Shown here piece after piece: positions 10,784 to 20,514 of a stretch of DNA of 64,000 nt. Under the pieces are notes generated by a model. The model had not been told where the DNA came from and did not search any database. It worked only from the letters and a program-made list of their open reading frames with translations. Source of the stretch: Nitrospinaceae bacterium (GTDB taxonomy: Bacteria > Nitrospinota > Nitrospinia > Nitrospinales > Nitrospinaceae); NCBI GenBank assembly GCA_965223665.1, contig OZ245011.1, positions 4,096,001 through 4,160,000 of the forward strand, given 5' to 3'. Made by a program: the position numbers and the translations under genes. Every line of letters begins with the position of its first letter. Within the stretch, counting starts at the first letter, position 1.

Positions 10784-11914
10784 ATGAAACGCCCTTCTGC
10801 CCTAGGAATAAAAAAAGTTCATTCCGTCGAATTTATTGTTGATTTTTTTGACCGTAGTTTTTCTTTTTATTCAGAGAAATTAGGATTTATAAACACCCAT
10901 CGATCCACTCCTGAATGGGAAGACAAGTTTAAAAGTAAAGCCTATTATTTTGTTGCAGGTGATATCAAAATAATGATATCAACCCCATTATCCAATAACA
11001 GTTATACCGCTCAGTATTTAAAAATTTTATGCCCTGGAATTCGTAAAGTAACGTTTCTTGTAGAAAATTTAGACCAGGCTAAAGACTACCTTCAATCTCA
11101 CAATGCCACCTTTATTCACCCGGAATTCAAAATGGTATCTTCTAGTTCTTGCCATCGGTTTTTTACAATTGCCTCACCCATAGGATTTCTTGAGTTTACT
11201 TTTCTTGAAATTGAGGGGAATGAATTAGACATCCCGTTATTTGAAAAATTGGAATTTTCATCTTTATCACAATCCCCATTTATTAATATTGACCATATGA
11301 CTATAAATGCCCGTACGATATATCCAATTTATAATTTTTTTGAACATGTAATGGGTTTTGTAAAGTTTTGGGATGTATCATTCCACACCCCCGATTTCCA
11401 ATCTGGGAAAAAAGGAACGGGATTATCATCTCAAGTTATGTATGACCCATGTTCCGGTGTTAAGTTTGCATCTAATGAACCTTTATATCCTCATTTTAAT
11501 GATTCGCAGATTCAAACTTTTGTAGAAAAAAACCATGGTGCGGGTATTCAGCATATTGCCCTCTCTGTGGAAGATATTTTGGAAACAGTTGATGTGATGA
11601 GATCACAAGGAATTGAATTTTTAGATACTCCTGATGAATATTATGAATTGCTGCCTAAAAAGCTTGAGGAACAAAATATTAGAAACTTAAAAGAAAATAT
11701 TGAAGATTTAAAGAAGCGAAAAATTCTAGTGGATGGTAAAAATAACCATTATCTTCTTCAAATTTTTTTAAAGGATGCCTCTATGCTTTACCATGAGGAA
11801 AATGCGGGTCCCTTCTTTTTTGAAATTATTCAAAGAAAGGGACATCCCGGATTTGGGGAAGGAAACTTTAGGGCTTTGTTTGAAGCTATAGAGCTTCAGG
11901 AATCAGGACAATGA
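10784..11914 (+). CDS. hppD: 4-hydroxyphenylpyruvate dioxygenase (ATG 10784 after GAGG preferred)
   Basis: IDHMT, GIQHIAL, LLQIF, FFEIIQRKG..GFGEGNFRALFEAIE. Confidence 0.93.
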   Translation: MKRPSALGIKKVHSVEFIVDFFDRSFSFYSEKLGFINTHRSTPEWEDKFKSKAYYFVAGDIKIMISTPLSNNSYTAQYLKILCPGIRKVTFLVENLDQAKDYLQSHNATFIHPEFKMVSSSSCHRFFTIASPIGFLEFTFLEIEGNELDIPLFEKLEFSSLSQSPFINIDHMTINARTIYPIYNFFEHVMGFVKFWDVSFHTPDFQSGKKGTGLSSQVMYDPCSGVKFASNEPLYPHFNDSQIQTFVEKNHGAGIQHIALSVEDILETVDVMRSQGIEFLDTPDEYYELLPKKLEEQNIRNLKENIEDLKKRKILVDGKNNHYLLQIFLKDASMLYHEENAGPFFFEIIQRKGHPGFGEGNFRALFEAIELQESGQ

Positions 11915-12759
11915 AACTATTAAGATTTTCTACAGATTTAGAACAAGGGCATGGATTATTGATCAACAAAAATATTTATCCTTTGATTCAATTGACCACT
12001 ACGGAAGCTTTAACTAAGTTGAAAAAAAACGATAGTTTGTGGAATAAAATTTTAAAACAAAATCCTATTCCTCTATCTGGGGTTACTCTATTACCCCCGG
12101 TGGAAAATCCGGGAGCTTTTTTAGATTTTTACACTTTTGAAGATCACGTTCAAACATGTCGTCAACTCAAAGGGTTGGAAATGATTTCTGAGTGGTATGA
12201 ATTTCCAGTTTGGTATAACGGTTCTCCACGATGTTTTAGCGGAAATGGTTCAAAAGTTGTTTTTCCCAACGAGGAAAACAAAAAAGATTATGAGCTGGAA
12301 CTGGCAGTAGTCATAAAAAAACCATGTCACCAGGTTAAAGTTGAGGAGGCTAAAGAATATATCGGTGCATATACTATTGTGAATGATTTTAGTGCACGTG
12401 AAATGCAAGCCAAAATTATGAAGATTGGGTTGGGACCTGCAAAAGCGAAAGACTTTAATACCGGGATAGGCCCTTGGATGGTAACCCCGGATGAAATAGG
12501 AGATCCGCGAAATCTTACCATGAAAGCCTGGGTGAATGAGATTTTATGGTCTGAAGGAAATAGTGGTTCTTCTCAATTTACTTTTGAAGAAATGATTGCA
12601 TTTTCCTCACAAGATCAAACTCTTTTTCCTGGAGATATTTTGGCAAGTGGTACGGTTGGTACTGGATGCGGTTTAGAATTGGGGCGTTTTCTTAAATTCG
12701 GAGATAAAGTGGAACTAGAAATTGAAAATATAGGAAGATTAACTCATTGGGTGTCTTAA
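11911..12759 (+). CDS. Fumarylacetoacetate hydrolase family protein
   Basis: DFYTFEDHV, DYELELAVVI, NDFSARE, KAKDF, PGDILASGT; operon context. Confidence 0.88.
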   Translation: MKLLRFSTDLEQGHGLLINKNIYPLIQLTTTEALTKLKKNDSLWNKILKQNPIPLSGVTLLPPVENPGAFLDFYTFEDHVQTCRQLKGLEMISEWYEFPVWYNGSPRCFSGNGSKVVFPNEENKKDYELELAVVIKKPCHQVKVEEAKEYIGAYTIVNDFSAREMQAKIMKIGLGPAKAKDFNTGIGPWMVTPDEIGDPRNLTMKAWVNEILWSEGNSGSSQFTFEEMIAFSSQDQTLFPGDILASGTVGTGCGLELGRFLKFGDKVELEIENIGRLTHWVS

Positions 12760-12762
12760 GCG

Positions 12763-13923
12763 ATGTTTAAGTATTTAAAGTTTGGAAATGTACCTTCCCT
12801 GCATCATACCGCCCATTATGTAGAGGGTCATTTGATGAATGAGTACTGTTTCACCAGAAAAGGATTTGAGGACCCTTACTCAATTCTTTACCTTTTCCAT
12901 CCCCCTACAAGTGAAGTTGAAACCGATCTTCAACAAGTAGTTAAGTGGGGAAACCCAGATGCAAATATTCGATCCCCATTACAAAGAAAACATTTTCGAA
13001 GCAAAATAGCCTCTTTTAAAGGAAACTTTATTTTAGGAAGAACTCTATTAGCATTTAATGAAGATTTAACATACGGAGTTTGTCATCCCCAGAATTCAGA
13101 TTCGACATTTTTTGCGAATAATGACGCGGACGAATTATTTTTTTTAAGTGAGGGAACAATAGAATTTCAATCTCTATTTGGAAAACTTTCTTTAATCCCA
13201 GGGGATTATTTAATTATTCCTCGATCTTGTCCTTATCGATTGAAATTTAAGGAATCTCCTAGGTTATTATTTGTAGAGGGGAAAAAGGGGCTCTCAATTC
13301 CTTCCACGTTTATTAATGATCAAGGTCAATTTAATATGGACGCTCCCTATTCAGAGAGAAGTTTTAAAACCCCCGAATGGGACGATAAGCTATTTAACAG
13401 TGATGAACCCGCTTCAATTATTCGTAAAAGGCAGGGTGTTTTCACTAAAACCCATTACGCTGAAAATTATTTTAAAATTTCTGGATGGGATGGTTACGTA
13501 TTCCCGTTTGCGATAAATCTAAAAAATATTCAACCTAAAACAGGCCGAGTTCATTTGCCCCCTACCTCTCATTTAACTTTTTCCGGGGAAGGTTTTGCGG
13601 TGATGAGTTTTCTCCCGCGACTCCTGGATTTTGACCCACAGGCGGTTCCATGCCCTTTTTATCATTCTTCGGTAGACTGTGATGAGTTGTTATTTTACCA
13701 ATCAGGAGATTTTACTAGCCGCAAAGGTATTGAAAAAGGATCAATCAGTTTTCATCCATCAGGCATTCCGCATGGACCTCATCCGGGAGCTTATAAAAAC
13801 TCTATTGGCTTAAAGCAAACAAATGAACAAGCGGTAATGGTCGATACTTTTAGTCCTTTAAAATTAACCGTAGAAAGTGGGGCATTCGAAGATCCCGACT
13901 ATCCAAAAAGTTGGCAGGAGTAA
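12763..13923 (+). CDS. hmgA: Homogentisate 1,2-dioxygenase (short type)
   Basis: NNDADE, GWDGYVFP, GRVHLPPTSH, PFYHSSVDCDE, HPSGIPHGPHP. Confidence 0.92.
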   Translation: MFKYLKFGNVPSLHHTAHYVEGHLMNEYCFTRKGFEDPYSILYLFHPPTSEVETDLQQVVKWGNPDANIRSPLQRKHFRSKIASFKGNFILGRTLLAFNEDLTYGVCHPQNSDSTFFANNDADELFFLSEGTIEFQSLFGKLSLIPGDYLIIPRSCPYRLKFKESPRLLFVEGKKGLSIPSTFINDQGQFNMDAPYSERSFKTPEWDDKLFNSDEPASIIRKRQGVFTKTHYAENYFKISGWDGYVFPFAINLKNIQPKTGRVHLPPTSHLTFSGEGFAVMSFLPRLLDFDPQAVPCPFYHSSVDCDELLFYQSGDFTSRKGIEKGSISFHPSGIPHGPHPGAYKNSIGLKQTNEQAVMVDTFSPLKLTVESGAFEDPDYPKSWQE

Positions 13924-13928
13924 ATTCA

Positions 13929-14573
13929 ATGAGCTTAAATAAACAATTTAATAAGATACAACCTGCTGATCATTTTTGGGTGGAGATTTATCATTTAATG
14001 AACTCAATAGTACAACCACGACCGATTGCTTGGATATCCAGTATTTCATCGGGGGGAAATGTGAACTTAGCGCCGTTTAGTTATTTTAATATTTGTTCCA
14101 TGAATCCGCCGATCATTTCAAACTCTATTTTTTTTAATCGAGATGGATCAGAAAAAGATACTTTGAAAAATATAAGGGCCACAAAAGAATATGTAGTAGG
14201 TGCTGTCAATTTTGAGGCATCTGAAAAAGCTAATCAAAGTTCGGCTCCTTTTGATTCTAATATTAATGAATTTGAAGAATCAGGGGCTACGGCGGTAAAT
14301 CGAGGACCCAATGAACCTCCCTTTATTGCGGAAAGCCCCGTTCAATTAGTTTGCGAATTATTTAAGATAGTTACCCTAGGGGAAGGCGCCGGGGTTGGTA
14401 ATTTGGTTTTAGGTCAAGTTAAAGAAATCCATCTTTCCCATTCACTTTCAGATATAGATTGGAAAAAAGGAATCCCTCCCGAAAAAATGGACAACGTGGG
14501 CCGAATGGGAGCAGATTATTATACACGTACCCGGGATGTCTATCGGATGCCTAGAGCATCGGTTAAAAAATAA
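13929..14573 (+). CDS. Flavin reductase-like (FMN split-barrel) protein
   Basis: PRPIAWISS, NLAPFSYFN, KDTLKNI, ESPVQLVC, GRMGADYY. Confidence 0.88.
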   Translation: MSLNKQFNKIQPADHFWVEIYHLMNSIVQPRPIAWISSISSGGNVNLAPFSYFNICSMNPPIISNSIFFNRDGSEKDTLKNIRATKEYVVGAVNFEASEKANQSSAPFDSNINEFEESGATAVNRGPNEPPFIAESPVQLVCELFKIVTLGEGAGVGNLVLGQVKEIHLSHSLSDIDWKKGIPPEKMDNVGRMGADYYTRTRDVYRMPRASVKK

Positions 14574-14588
14574 ACCTGGAATAAAGTT

Positions 14589-15758
14589 ATGGAAAAGGAT
14601 TCTTTTATTTACGGTGCGTTAAGAACCCCCATCGGATCATTTAACGGGAAATTATCAGCTATCCCTGCTACCGGATTAGCTTCCGCTATAATACCTGCCG
14701 TTCTGCAACAGGCAGGGGTAAATTCCGATGAAATTGAAGAAGTTTTAATTGGAAATGTTATATCTGCAGGGATTGGGCAAGCCCCAGCACGACAGGCCGC
14801 TTTGCAAGCTGATCTTCCTGAGAGTATTCCAGCGACGACTGTTAATAAAATTTGTGGTTCAGGAATGAAAACAGTCATGATGGCTGATCAAACTATTAGA
14901 TTGAATCAGGCAAAAATTATTTTAACCGGTGGCATGGAAAGTATGAGCCAGGCACCTTTTCTTCTTCCTAAAATGCGCCAAGGTTATAAGTTAGGTAACA
15001 AAGAAATGATTGACAGTCTGCTTCACGATGGTTTGCAAGATGCCCAACAAAATAGTTATATGGGTGAATTGAGTGAAAAGCTTGCGCAGGATTACTGTAT
15101 TTCAAGGGAAAGTCAGGATGCTTATGCTATGACTAGCTATTTGAGGGCTCGTGAAGCTCAAGATAACGGAATATTTGGGAATGAAATAGAACCGATTACT
15201 GTGAACATAAAAGGGAAACCATTTTTAGTAGAACAGGATGAACAACCTTACGCAGATGAAATAGAAAAATTGGCATTTTTATCTCCGGCCTTTGATCGTT
15301 ATGGAGGAACTATTACAAAAGGGAATGGGGCCAAGATAAGCGACGGCGCAGCTATTTTAGTTGTTGGAGGGGAATCGGAAAATTTAAAACCTATAGCTCG
15401 AATTGTAGGTTATACAACTCACGCTCAATCCCCGGAGACATTTCCATTGGCCCCCATAGGGGCAATCCAAAAAGTCTTGAAAATTTGCGGTTTAAAAATT
15501 CAAGATATTGATCTATTTGAAATCAATGAAGCATTTGCCGCAATGTCCTTAATTATTAATCAAAAACTGGATTTGGATTCAGAAAAGGTGAATGTTCTTG
15601 GGGGATCAATTGCCCTTGGGCATCCAATAGGTTGTACGGGTGCCCGCATATTAGTGACCTTGATAAATGCTTTAAAGGTAAAAGGCTTAAGAAAAGGTTT
15701 GGCTAGTTTATGTATTGGGGGAGGAGAGGCTACAGCCATGGTTATCGAAATGGTTTGA
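14589..15758 (+). CDS. Acetyl-CoA C-acetyltransferase (thiolase)
   Basis: NKICGSGM, EINEAF, GHPIGCTG, LCIGGG. Confidence 0.93.
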   Translation: MEKDSFIYGALRTPIGSFNGKLSAIPATGLASAIIPAVLQQAGVNSDEIEEVLIGNVISAGIGQAPARQAALQADLPESIPATTVNKICGSGMKTVMMADQTIRLNQAKIILTGGMESMSQAPFLLPKMRQGYKLGNKEMIDSLLHDGLQDAQQNSYMGELSEKLAQDYCISRESQDAYAMTSYLRAREAQDNGIFGNEIEPITVNIKGKPFLVEQDEQPYADEIEKLAFLSPAFDRYGGTITKGNGAKISDGAAILVVGGESENLKPIARIVGYTTHAQSPETFPLAPIGAIQKVLKICGLKIQDIDLFEINEAFAAMSLIINQKLDLDSEKVNVLGGSIALGHPIGCTGARILVTLINALKVKGLRKGLASLCIGGGEATAMVIEMV

Positions 15759-15783
15759 TATGGAAATTTAAGAGGTTTTTTCC

Positions 15784-17754
15784 ATGAGTGAAATTCTGTG
15801 GAAACCTGATCAAGAGCGTATTCAAAATTCCAGGATGTTCCAGTTTTTGCGAGCTGTGAATGATTCCTTTTCTCTCAATTTCACAACTTATTCCGAGTTG
15901 CATCAATGGTCGATTCAGGAACTTGAAACATTCTGGGAATTTTATCGCGAATATTCCGATATTATTTTTAATCAGCCTCCGAGTGAAATCTTGTCCTCCC
16001 GGATTATGCCTGGTGCACGTTGGTTTTCAGATGCGAAATTGAATTATGCAGAAAACTTATTAAAAGAAGATTCAGAAAAACCTGCCATTTTAAGCAAACT
16101 CGAAGGCCAACCTTTAATATCTATTTCTTATTCAGAGCTAAATTTCAAGGCGCGTCAATTTGCAATTGCTTTGTTGGAACTTGGAATTAAACCTGGAGAC
16201 CGAGTTGCCGGTTATCTTCCTAATATACCGGAAACCGTTGTGGCCATGTTGGGAACTACGGCAATTGGAGCCGTTTGGACATCCTGCTCCCCTGATTTTG
16301 GATTGCAGGGGATTAGAGATCGCTTCGGGCAGATAGAACCCTCAGTCCTCATTGCCACAGATGGTTATACTTATAATGGAAAGCCTTTTTCTGTTATTAG
16401 TACTCTAAATGCTTTATTACCTCGCTTGAAAAATTTAAAACATTTTGTTTTGATTCCTTTTTTGGATATTTCTGTTGAAAAAAATAAGATTGATTTTTGT
16501 AAAACCTCCACCTGGGATGAATTTTGCCGAGTAAGCTCGAAAAAGAAATTTCAATTTCATTCCGTTCCATTCAATCATCCTTTATTCATTATGTATTCGT
16601 CCGGAACAACCGGAATGCCAAAATGTATTGTACACGGAACTGGTGGAACACTTTTACAGCACAATAAGGAGCATGCTCTTCATACGGACATTGGGCCTGA
16701 AGACGTAGTCTTCTTCTATACCACCTGTGGATGGATGATGTGGAATTGGTTGGTTTCTGCATTGGCCCAAAAAGCAACCATTGTCCTATACGAAGGGTCT
16801 CCGGGCTTTCCAAATATTAAAGTGCTCTGGGATTTAATTGATGAAGCAAATATAAGTATATTTGGGACCAGTCCAAAGTTCTTAGCGCAAAATATCAAAA
16901 ACAAATTTTTGCCTTCTCAGTATTCCAATTTTCCCACACTTCGAACTATTTTATCGACTGGTTCGCCACTAGATAATGAAAGTTTCGAATGGGTATATAA
17001 AAATGTGAAGGAAGAATTACAACTGTCTTCCATTTGTGGTGGCACGGATATAATTTCCTGCTTTATGTTAGGAAATCCTATGCTGCCGGTTATCAAAGGA
17101 GAAATTCAATGTTTGGGATTAGGGATGGATGTTACTTCCCTGGACGAATATGGGCAACCCATAATAAATAAAAAAGGAGAATTGGCTTGCCAATCTCCTG
17201 CTCCTTCAATGCCAGTTGGGTTTTGGAATGATACTCAGGATTTAAAATATTTTGAGGCTTATTTTAATAAAGTTCCTGGTATTTGGATTCATGGTGATTA
17301 TATAGAAATTTTACCTCATGGTGGCATCATTGTTTATGGAAGGAGTGATGCTACTTTAAACCCTGGTGGAATACGTATAGGCACGGCGGAAATTTATCAA
17401 ATCGTTGAACAAATGGAAGAGGTAATGGATAGTTTGGTCATTGGTTTAGATGAAGATAACGACATTTGTGTAATTTTATTTTTAGTATTAAAAACTGGGA
17501 TTGAATTCACTCTTCAGTTCCAACAAAAAGTAAAAAATATTCTTCGTCAAGAGGCGACACCTCGTCATATCCCACAAGAAATTTACTCGGTCCATGAAAT
17601 TCCCAAAACATTGAATGGAAAAAAAATGGAGATGGCGGTTCGAAAAATATTTAATGGAGAATCTATCTCTAATAAAGCTTCAATTGCCAATTTAAAATGC
17701 TTGGATGAATTTAAAGAGATTTGCGAAAAACGTTTGGTTGGAAAAAATGTTTGA
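15784..17754 (+). CDS. Acetoacetate--CoA ligase
   Basis: LHQWSI, SCSPDFG, YSSGTTGMPKCIVH, TTCGWMMWNW, GRSDATLNPGGIRIGTAEIY. Confidence 0.93.
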   Translation: MSEILWKPDQERIQNSRMFQFLRAVNDSFSLNFTTYSELHQWSIQELETFWEFYREYSDIIFNQPPSEILSSRIMPGARWFSDAKLNYAENLLKEDSEKPAILSKLEGQPLISISYSELNFKARQFAIALLELGIKPGDRVAGYLPNIPETVVAMLGTTAIGAVWTSCSPDFGLQGIRDRFGQIEPSVLIATDGYTYNGKPFSVISTLNALLPRLKNLKHFVLIPFLDISVEKNKIDFCKTSTWDEFCRVSSKKKFQFHSVPFNHPLFIMYSSGTTGMPKCIVHGTGGTLLQHNKEHALHTDIGPEDVVFFYTTCGWMMWNWLVSALAQKATIVLYEGSPGFPNIKVLWDLIDEANISIFGTSPKFLAQNIKNKFLPSQYSNFPTLRTILSTGSPLDNESFEWVYKNVKEELQLSSICGGTDIISCFMLGNPMLPVIKGEIQCLGLGMDVTSLDEYGQPIINKKGELACQSPAPSMPVGFWNDTQDLKYFEAYFNKVPGIWIHGDYIEILPHGGIIVYGRSDATLNPGGIRIGTAEIYQIVEQMEEVMDSLVIGLDEDNDICVILFLVLKTGIEFTLQFQQKVKNILRQEATPRHIPQEIYSVHEIPKTLNGKKMEMAVRKIFNGESISNKASIANLKCLDEFKEICEKRLVGKNV

Positions 17755-17774
17755 GACTTTTCTGGAGGCTTATT

Positions 17775-19445
17775 ATGACAACTCAAACAAAAACACAAAC
17801 CTTAGGTGATTATTTATTAGATCGGTTACATGATCTTAAAGTGAGCCATATTTTTGGTGTGCCTGGAGATTTTAGTATCCGATTTTGTCAATTGCTCGAA
17901 AAGGATAAGAAGATTACTTTTGTGGGCACTACTCGAGAAGATACCGCAGGATTTGCAGCAGATGGTTACGCAAGAAGACACGGAGGTTTGGGAGTAGTCC
18001 TAGTCACCCATGGGGTAGGTGCTCTAAGTATTGTTAATCCAATTGCGGGTGCTAATGCTGAGTCTTCACCCGTATTAGTAATTAGCGGTGCACCCGGAAT
18101 TAGGGAAAGAAATAATCAATTAATGATTCATCATTCTTTTGGTGATGAGGGTTCCCAAAAAAGAATATTCGAAAATTTTACCTGTTGCTCCAGGTCAATT
18201 AAAAATATTAGTGATGCAGCTTTTCAAATTGAAGAAGTGATCGAAAATGTTTGGCAGAAAAAGAAACCTGGATATCTCGAAATTCCCCGAGACATGATAG
18301 ACAAGGAAATTCAATCCTATGGAAAAGGTGAAAACTCATTTTGCCGATATCCCACCAGTAATACAGAAACTTTAAATGAGGCTCTTGAAGAAACATTATG
18401 TATTCTCAATAAAGCATCCAATCCAGTTTTTTTGGCAGGAGTTGAATTACACAGGTTTGGGCTGCAAAAGGACTTGATTGAATTGATAGAGACCTCTCAG
18501 ATTCCTGCAGCAGCCACCATCATGGGAAAAAGTGTAATTAATGAACACCACCCTCATTATTTGGGGATTTATCAGGGGAGGGTTGGAATTGAATCTACTC
18601 GGAAATTAATTGAAGAGGCTGATGTCCTTGTTACATTGGGAGTGATGTTTACTGATATTAATCTTGGGATGTATACGGCGAACTTTGATACCAGTAGGCT
18701 AGTCCAAGTTAATCAAGGAAAAGTAATCATTAGGCATCATGAATATTCCAATATCATGCTAAAAGATTTTTTGCGAGGTTTGATTAATTTAATAAAACCA
18801 CGGCCAGATAGAAAATTTAATTTAAAAATTAAGGAAAAATCAGAGCCTAAAAAACTGACTATAAAAAAGGAAACAATAAGCTCTTCAAATATTATCCAAT
18901 GTTTAAATAAAAAAATAACTTCTGAAATGGTAGTTGTATGCGATACAGGGGATTGTCTATTTGCGGCTGATGAGTTGCTGGTCCATGATCAAACTGCCTT
19001 TTTTGCTTCAGCTTTTTATACAACTATGGGATTTTCAGTTCCTGCTGCTTTGGGGGTGGCATGTGCTTCACCTGATGTAAGGCCACTGATTTTGGTAGGA
19101 GATGGGGCTTTTCAAATGACAGGTACAGAACTATCAAGTTTTAAAAAAATGAATTTTCATCCCATCGTTATTATTTTTAATAATAAAGGCTATGAAACTG
19201 AACGAGTGATATTAGATGGAGCATTTAATGATATTCCTGATTGGAATTATGGCGAAATTTGCCGACTTGTGGGTTATGGAAAAGGATATAAAGCTAAAAC
19301 CCCTAAAGAATTTGAGCTGATTTTAGACAATGCAATCCAAGAAAAGAATCAAATGCATGTCATCAATGTTTTAGTCAGGGAGTCTTCCCTGGGAATGCGG
19401 CGACTTGCCTCTGAGATAAGTCGCTGCATTCAAAAGTCTGATTAG
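17775..19445 (+). CDS. ThDP-dependent 2-oxoacid decarboxylase (indole-/phenylpyruvate decarboxylase family)
   Basis: FGVPGDF, REDTAGFAADGYAR, HH motif, GDGAFQMT...NN; RBS GGAGG before ATG 17775. Confidence 0.88.
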   Translation: MTTQTKTQTLGDYLLDRLHDLKVSHIFGVPGDFSIRFCQLLEKDKKITFVGTTREDTAGFAADGYARRHGGLGVVLVTHGVGALSIVNPIAGANAESSPVLVISGAPGIRERNNQLMIHHSFGDEGSQKRIFENFTCCSRSIKNISDAAFQIEEVIENVWQKKKPGYLEIPRDMIDKEIQSYGKGENSFCRYPTSNTETLNEALEETLCILNKASNPVFLAGVELHRFGLQKDLIELIETSQIPAAATIMGKSVINEHHPHYLGIYQGRVGIESTRKLIEEADVLVTLGVMFTDINLGMYTANFDTSRLVQVNQGKVIIRHHEYSNIMLKDFLRGLINLIKPRPDRKFNLKIKEKSEPKKLTIKKETISSSNIIQCLNKKITSEMVVVCDTGDCLFAADELLVHDQTAFFASAFYTTMGFSVPAALGVACASPDVRPLILVGDGAFQMTGTELSSFKKMNFHPIVIIFNNKGYETERVILDGAFNDIPDWNYGEICRLVGYGKGYKAKTPKEFELILDNAIQEKNQMHVINVLVRESSLGMRRLASEISRCIQKSD

Positions 19446-19475
19446 AAAAAACTTAATGAACTTTTAACTTTAGAC

Positions 19476-20315
19476 CTAAGCACCTATAAAGATAGACTTC
19501 TTGTACCATTCTTCTTGCTGAATTGCCCTTTCATGGTCCAATCCTAACCAAAATATATAGATGGCATCTAAAGCTAATTTCCCGCCATCAATAAATTTCG
19601 TTGGATCAAAATCGGGTTTCGAAAAGGATTCCTTTAATTCTTCCAAAACATTGTCACCATGTCCTTTTTCACTTTCAAAGTGAAACTGGAAAAAGTCTAA
19701 AGGAATGGTTTTCCCATTATCTAAAAGATGATTTTGATTGAAAATTTTTATTCCGGTAATCAGTTCATGCCAGAAGTTATTCGATTCACTTTTTTTCCCT
19801 TCGCCTATGCCCCAGGATGCCCAAGTCTCGATTGCATAACTGGCACCTCGACCAACTTCGCCATTTTTGCTTCCATAGGTTTTCTCTAATCCTTCAATGA
19901 ATTCACGTGTTGAATAGGAAGCGGATTCCCAACTACCTAATTCTTCTGGATTCAAACCTAAGGGTTCTGCGGTTTGACGTAACCAGTTGATATGAGCCCA
20001 GGATGTTTTAAACATTTGATCTTCAGCCGATCCATCAGGAAGAATTTTTACGCCTAGTTCATTAGCTAAAATATAACGGGCATGAGTTTCGGCATCCAAG
20101 TCTTTAGAATTGAGAAGGCGCATCATTTGAACCAGTAAAAACCATTTTGAAAAAACTGCAAATTGCTTAAAAAGATCAATCAACTGAATGCGGGTGAACT
20201 CGCCCTTTTTAAACCATTTGCAATATTCATTGTTTAAGATAACCGGGTGTTCATGAATTTCTTTTTGAATAATTTCCCAAAAGTCGTCAAAGGAAATGTG
20301 TTTATTTATTTTCAT
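19476..20315 (-). CDS. Heme-oxygenase-like diiron enzyme (CADD/PqqC/TenA superfamily)
   Basis: Candidate ligands E (ANELG), H (AHINW), E (IETWA), and HxxxExxH (HFESEKGH). Confidence 0.7.
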   Translation of the reverse strand: MKINKHISFDDFWEIIQKEIHEHPVILNNEYCKWFKKGEFTRIQLIDLFKQFAVFSKWFLLVQMMRLLNSKDLDAETHARYILANELGVKILPDGSAEDQMFKTSWAHINWLRQTAEPLGLNPEELGSWESASYSTREFIEGLEKTYGSKNGEVGRGASYAIETWASWGIGEGKKSESNNFWHELITGIKIFNQNHLLDNGKTIPLDFFQFHFESEKGHGDNVLEELKESFSKPDFDPTKFIDGGKLALDAIYIFWLGLDHERAIQQEEWYKKSIFIGA

Positions 20316-20514
20316 AATATTTCTCAGAAAGAAGGTTTAACAGATTAAAAAGCTTACATGGAATTTGGCTCCTGGTTTTTGTTTAATAATTATTAAGGTA
20401 TATATTTATATTCTTACTACCAGATTAACAAAATTGAACCATGCTATGGAAAAAAAGAAAAACAAGAGTTCTCATCTAACCCTTTGAAATAAAATGGTTT
20501 AAATTGAGTTGTGT

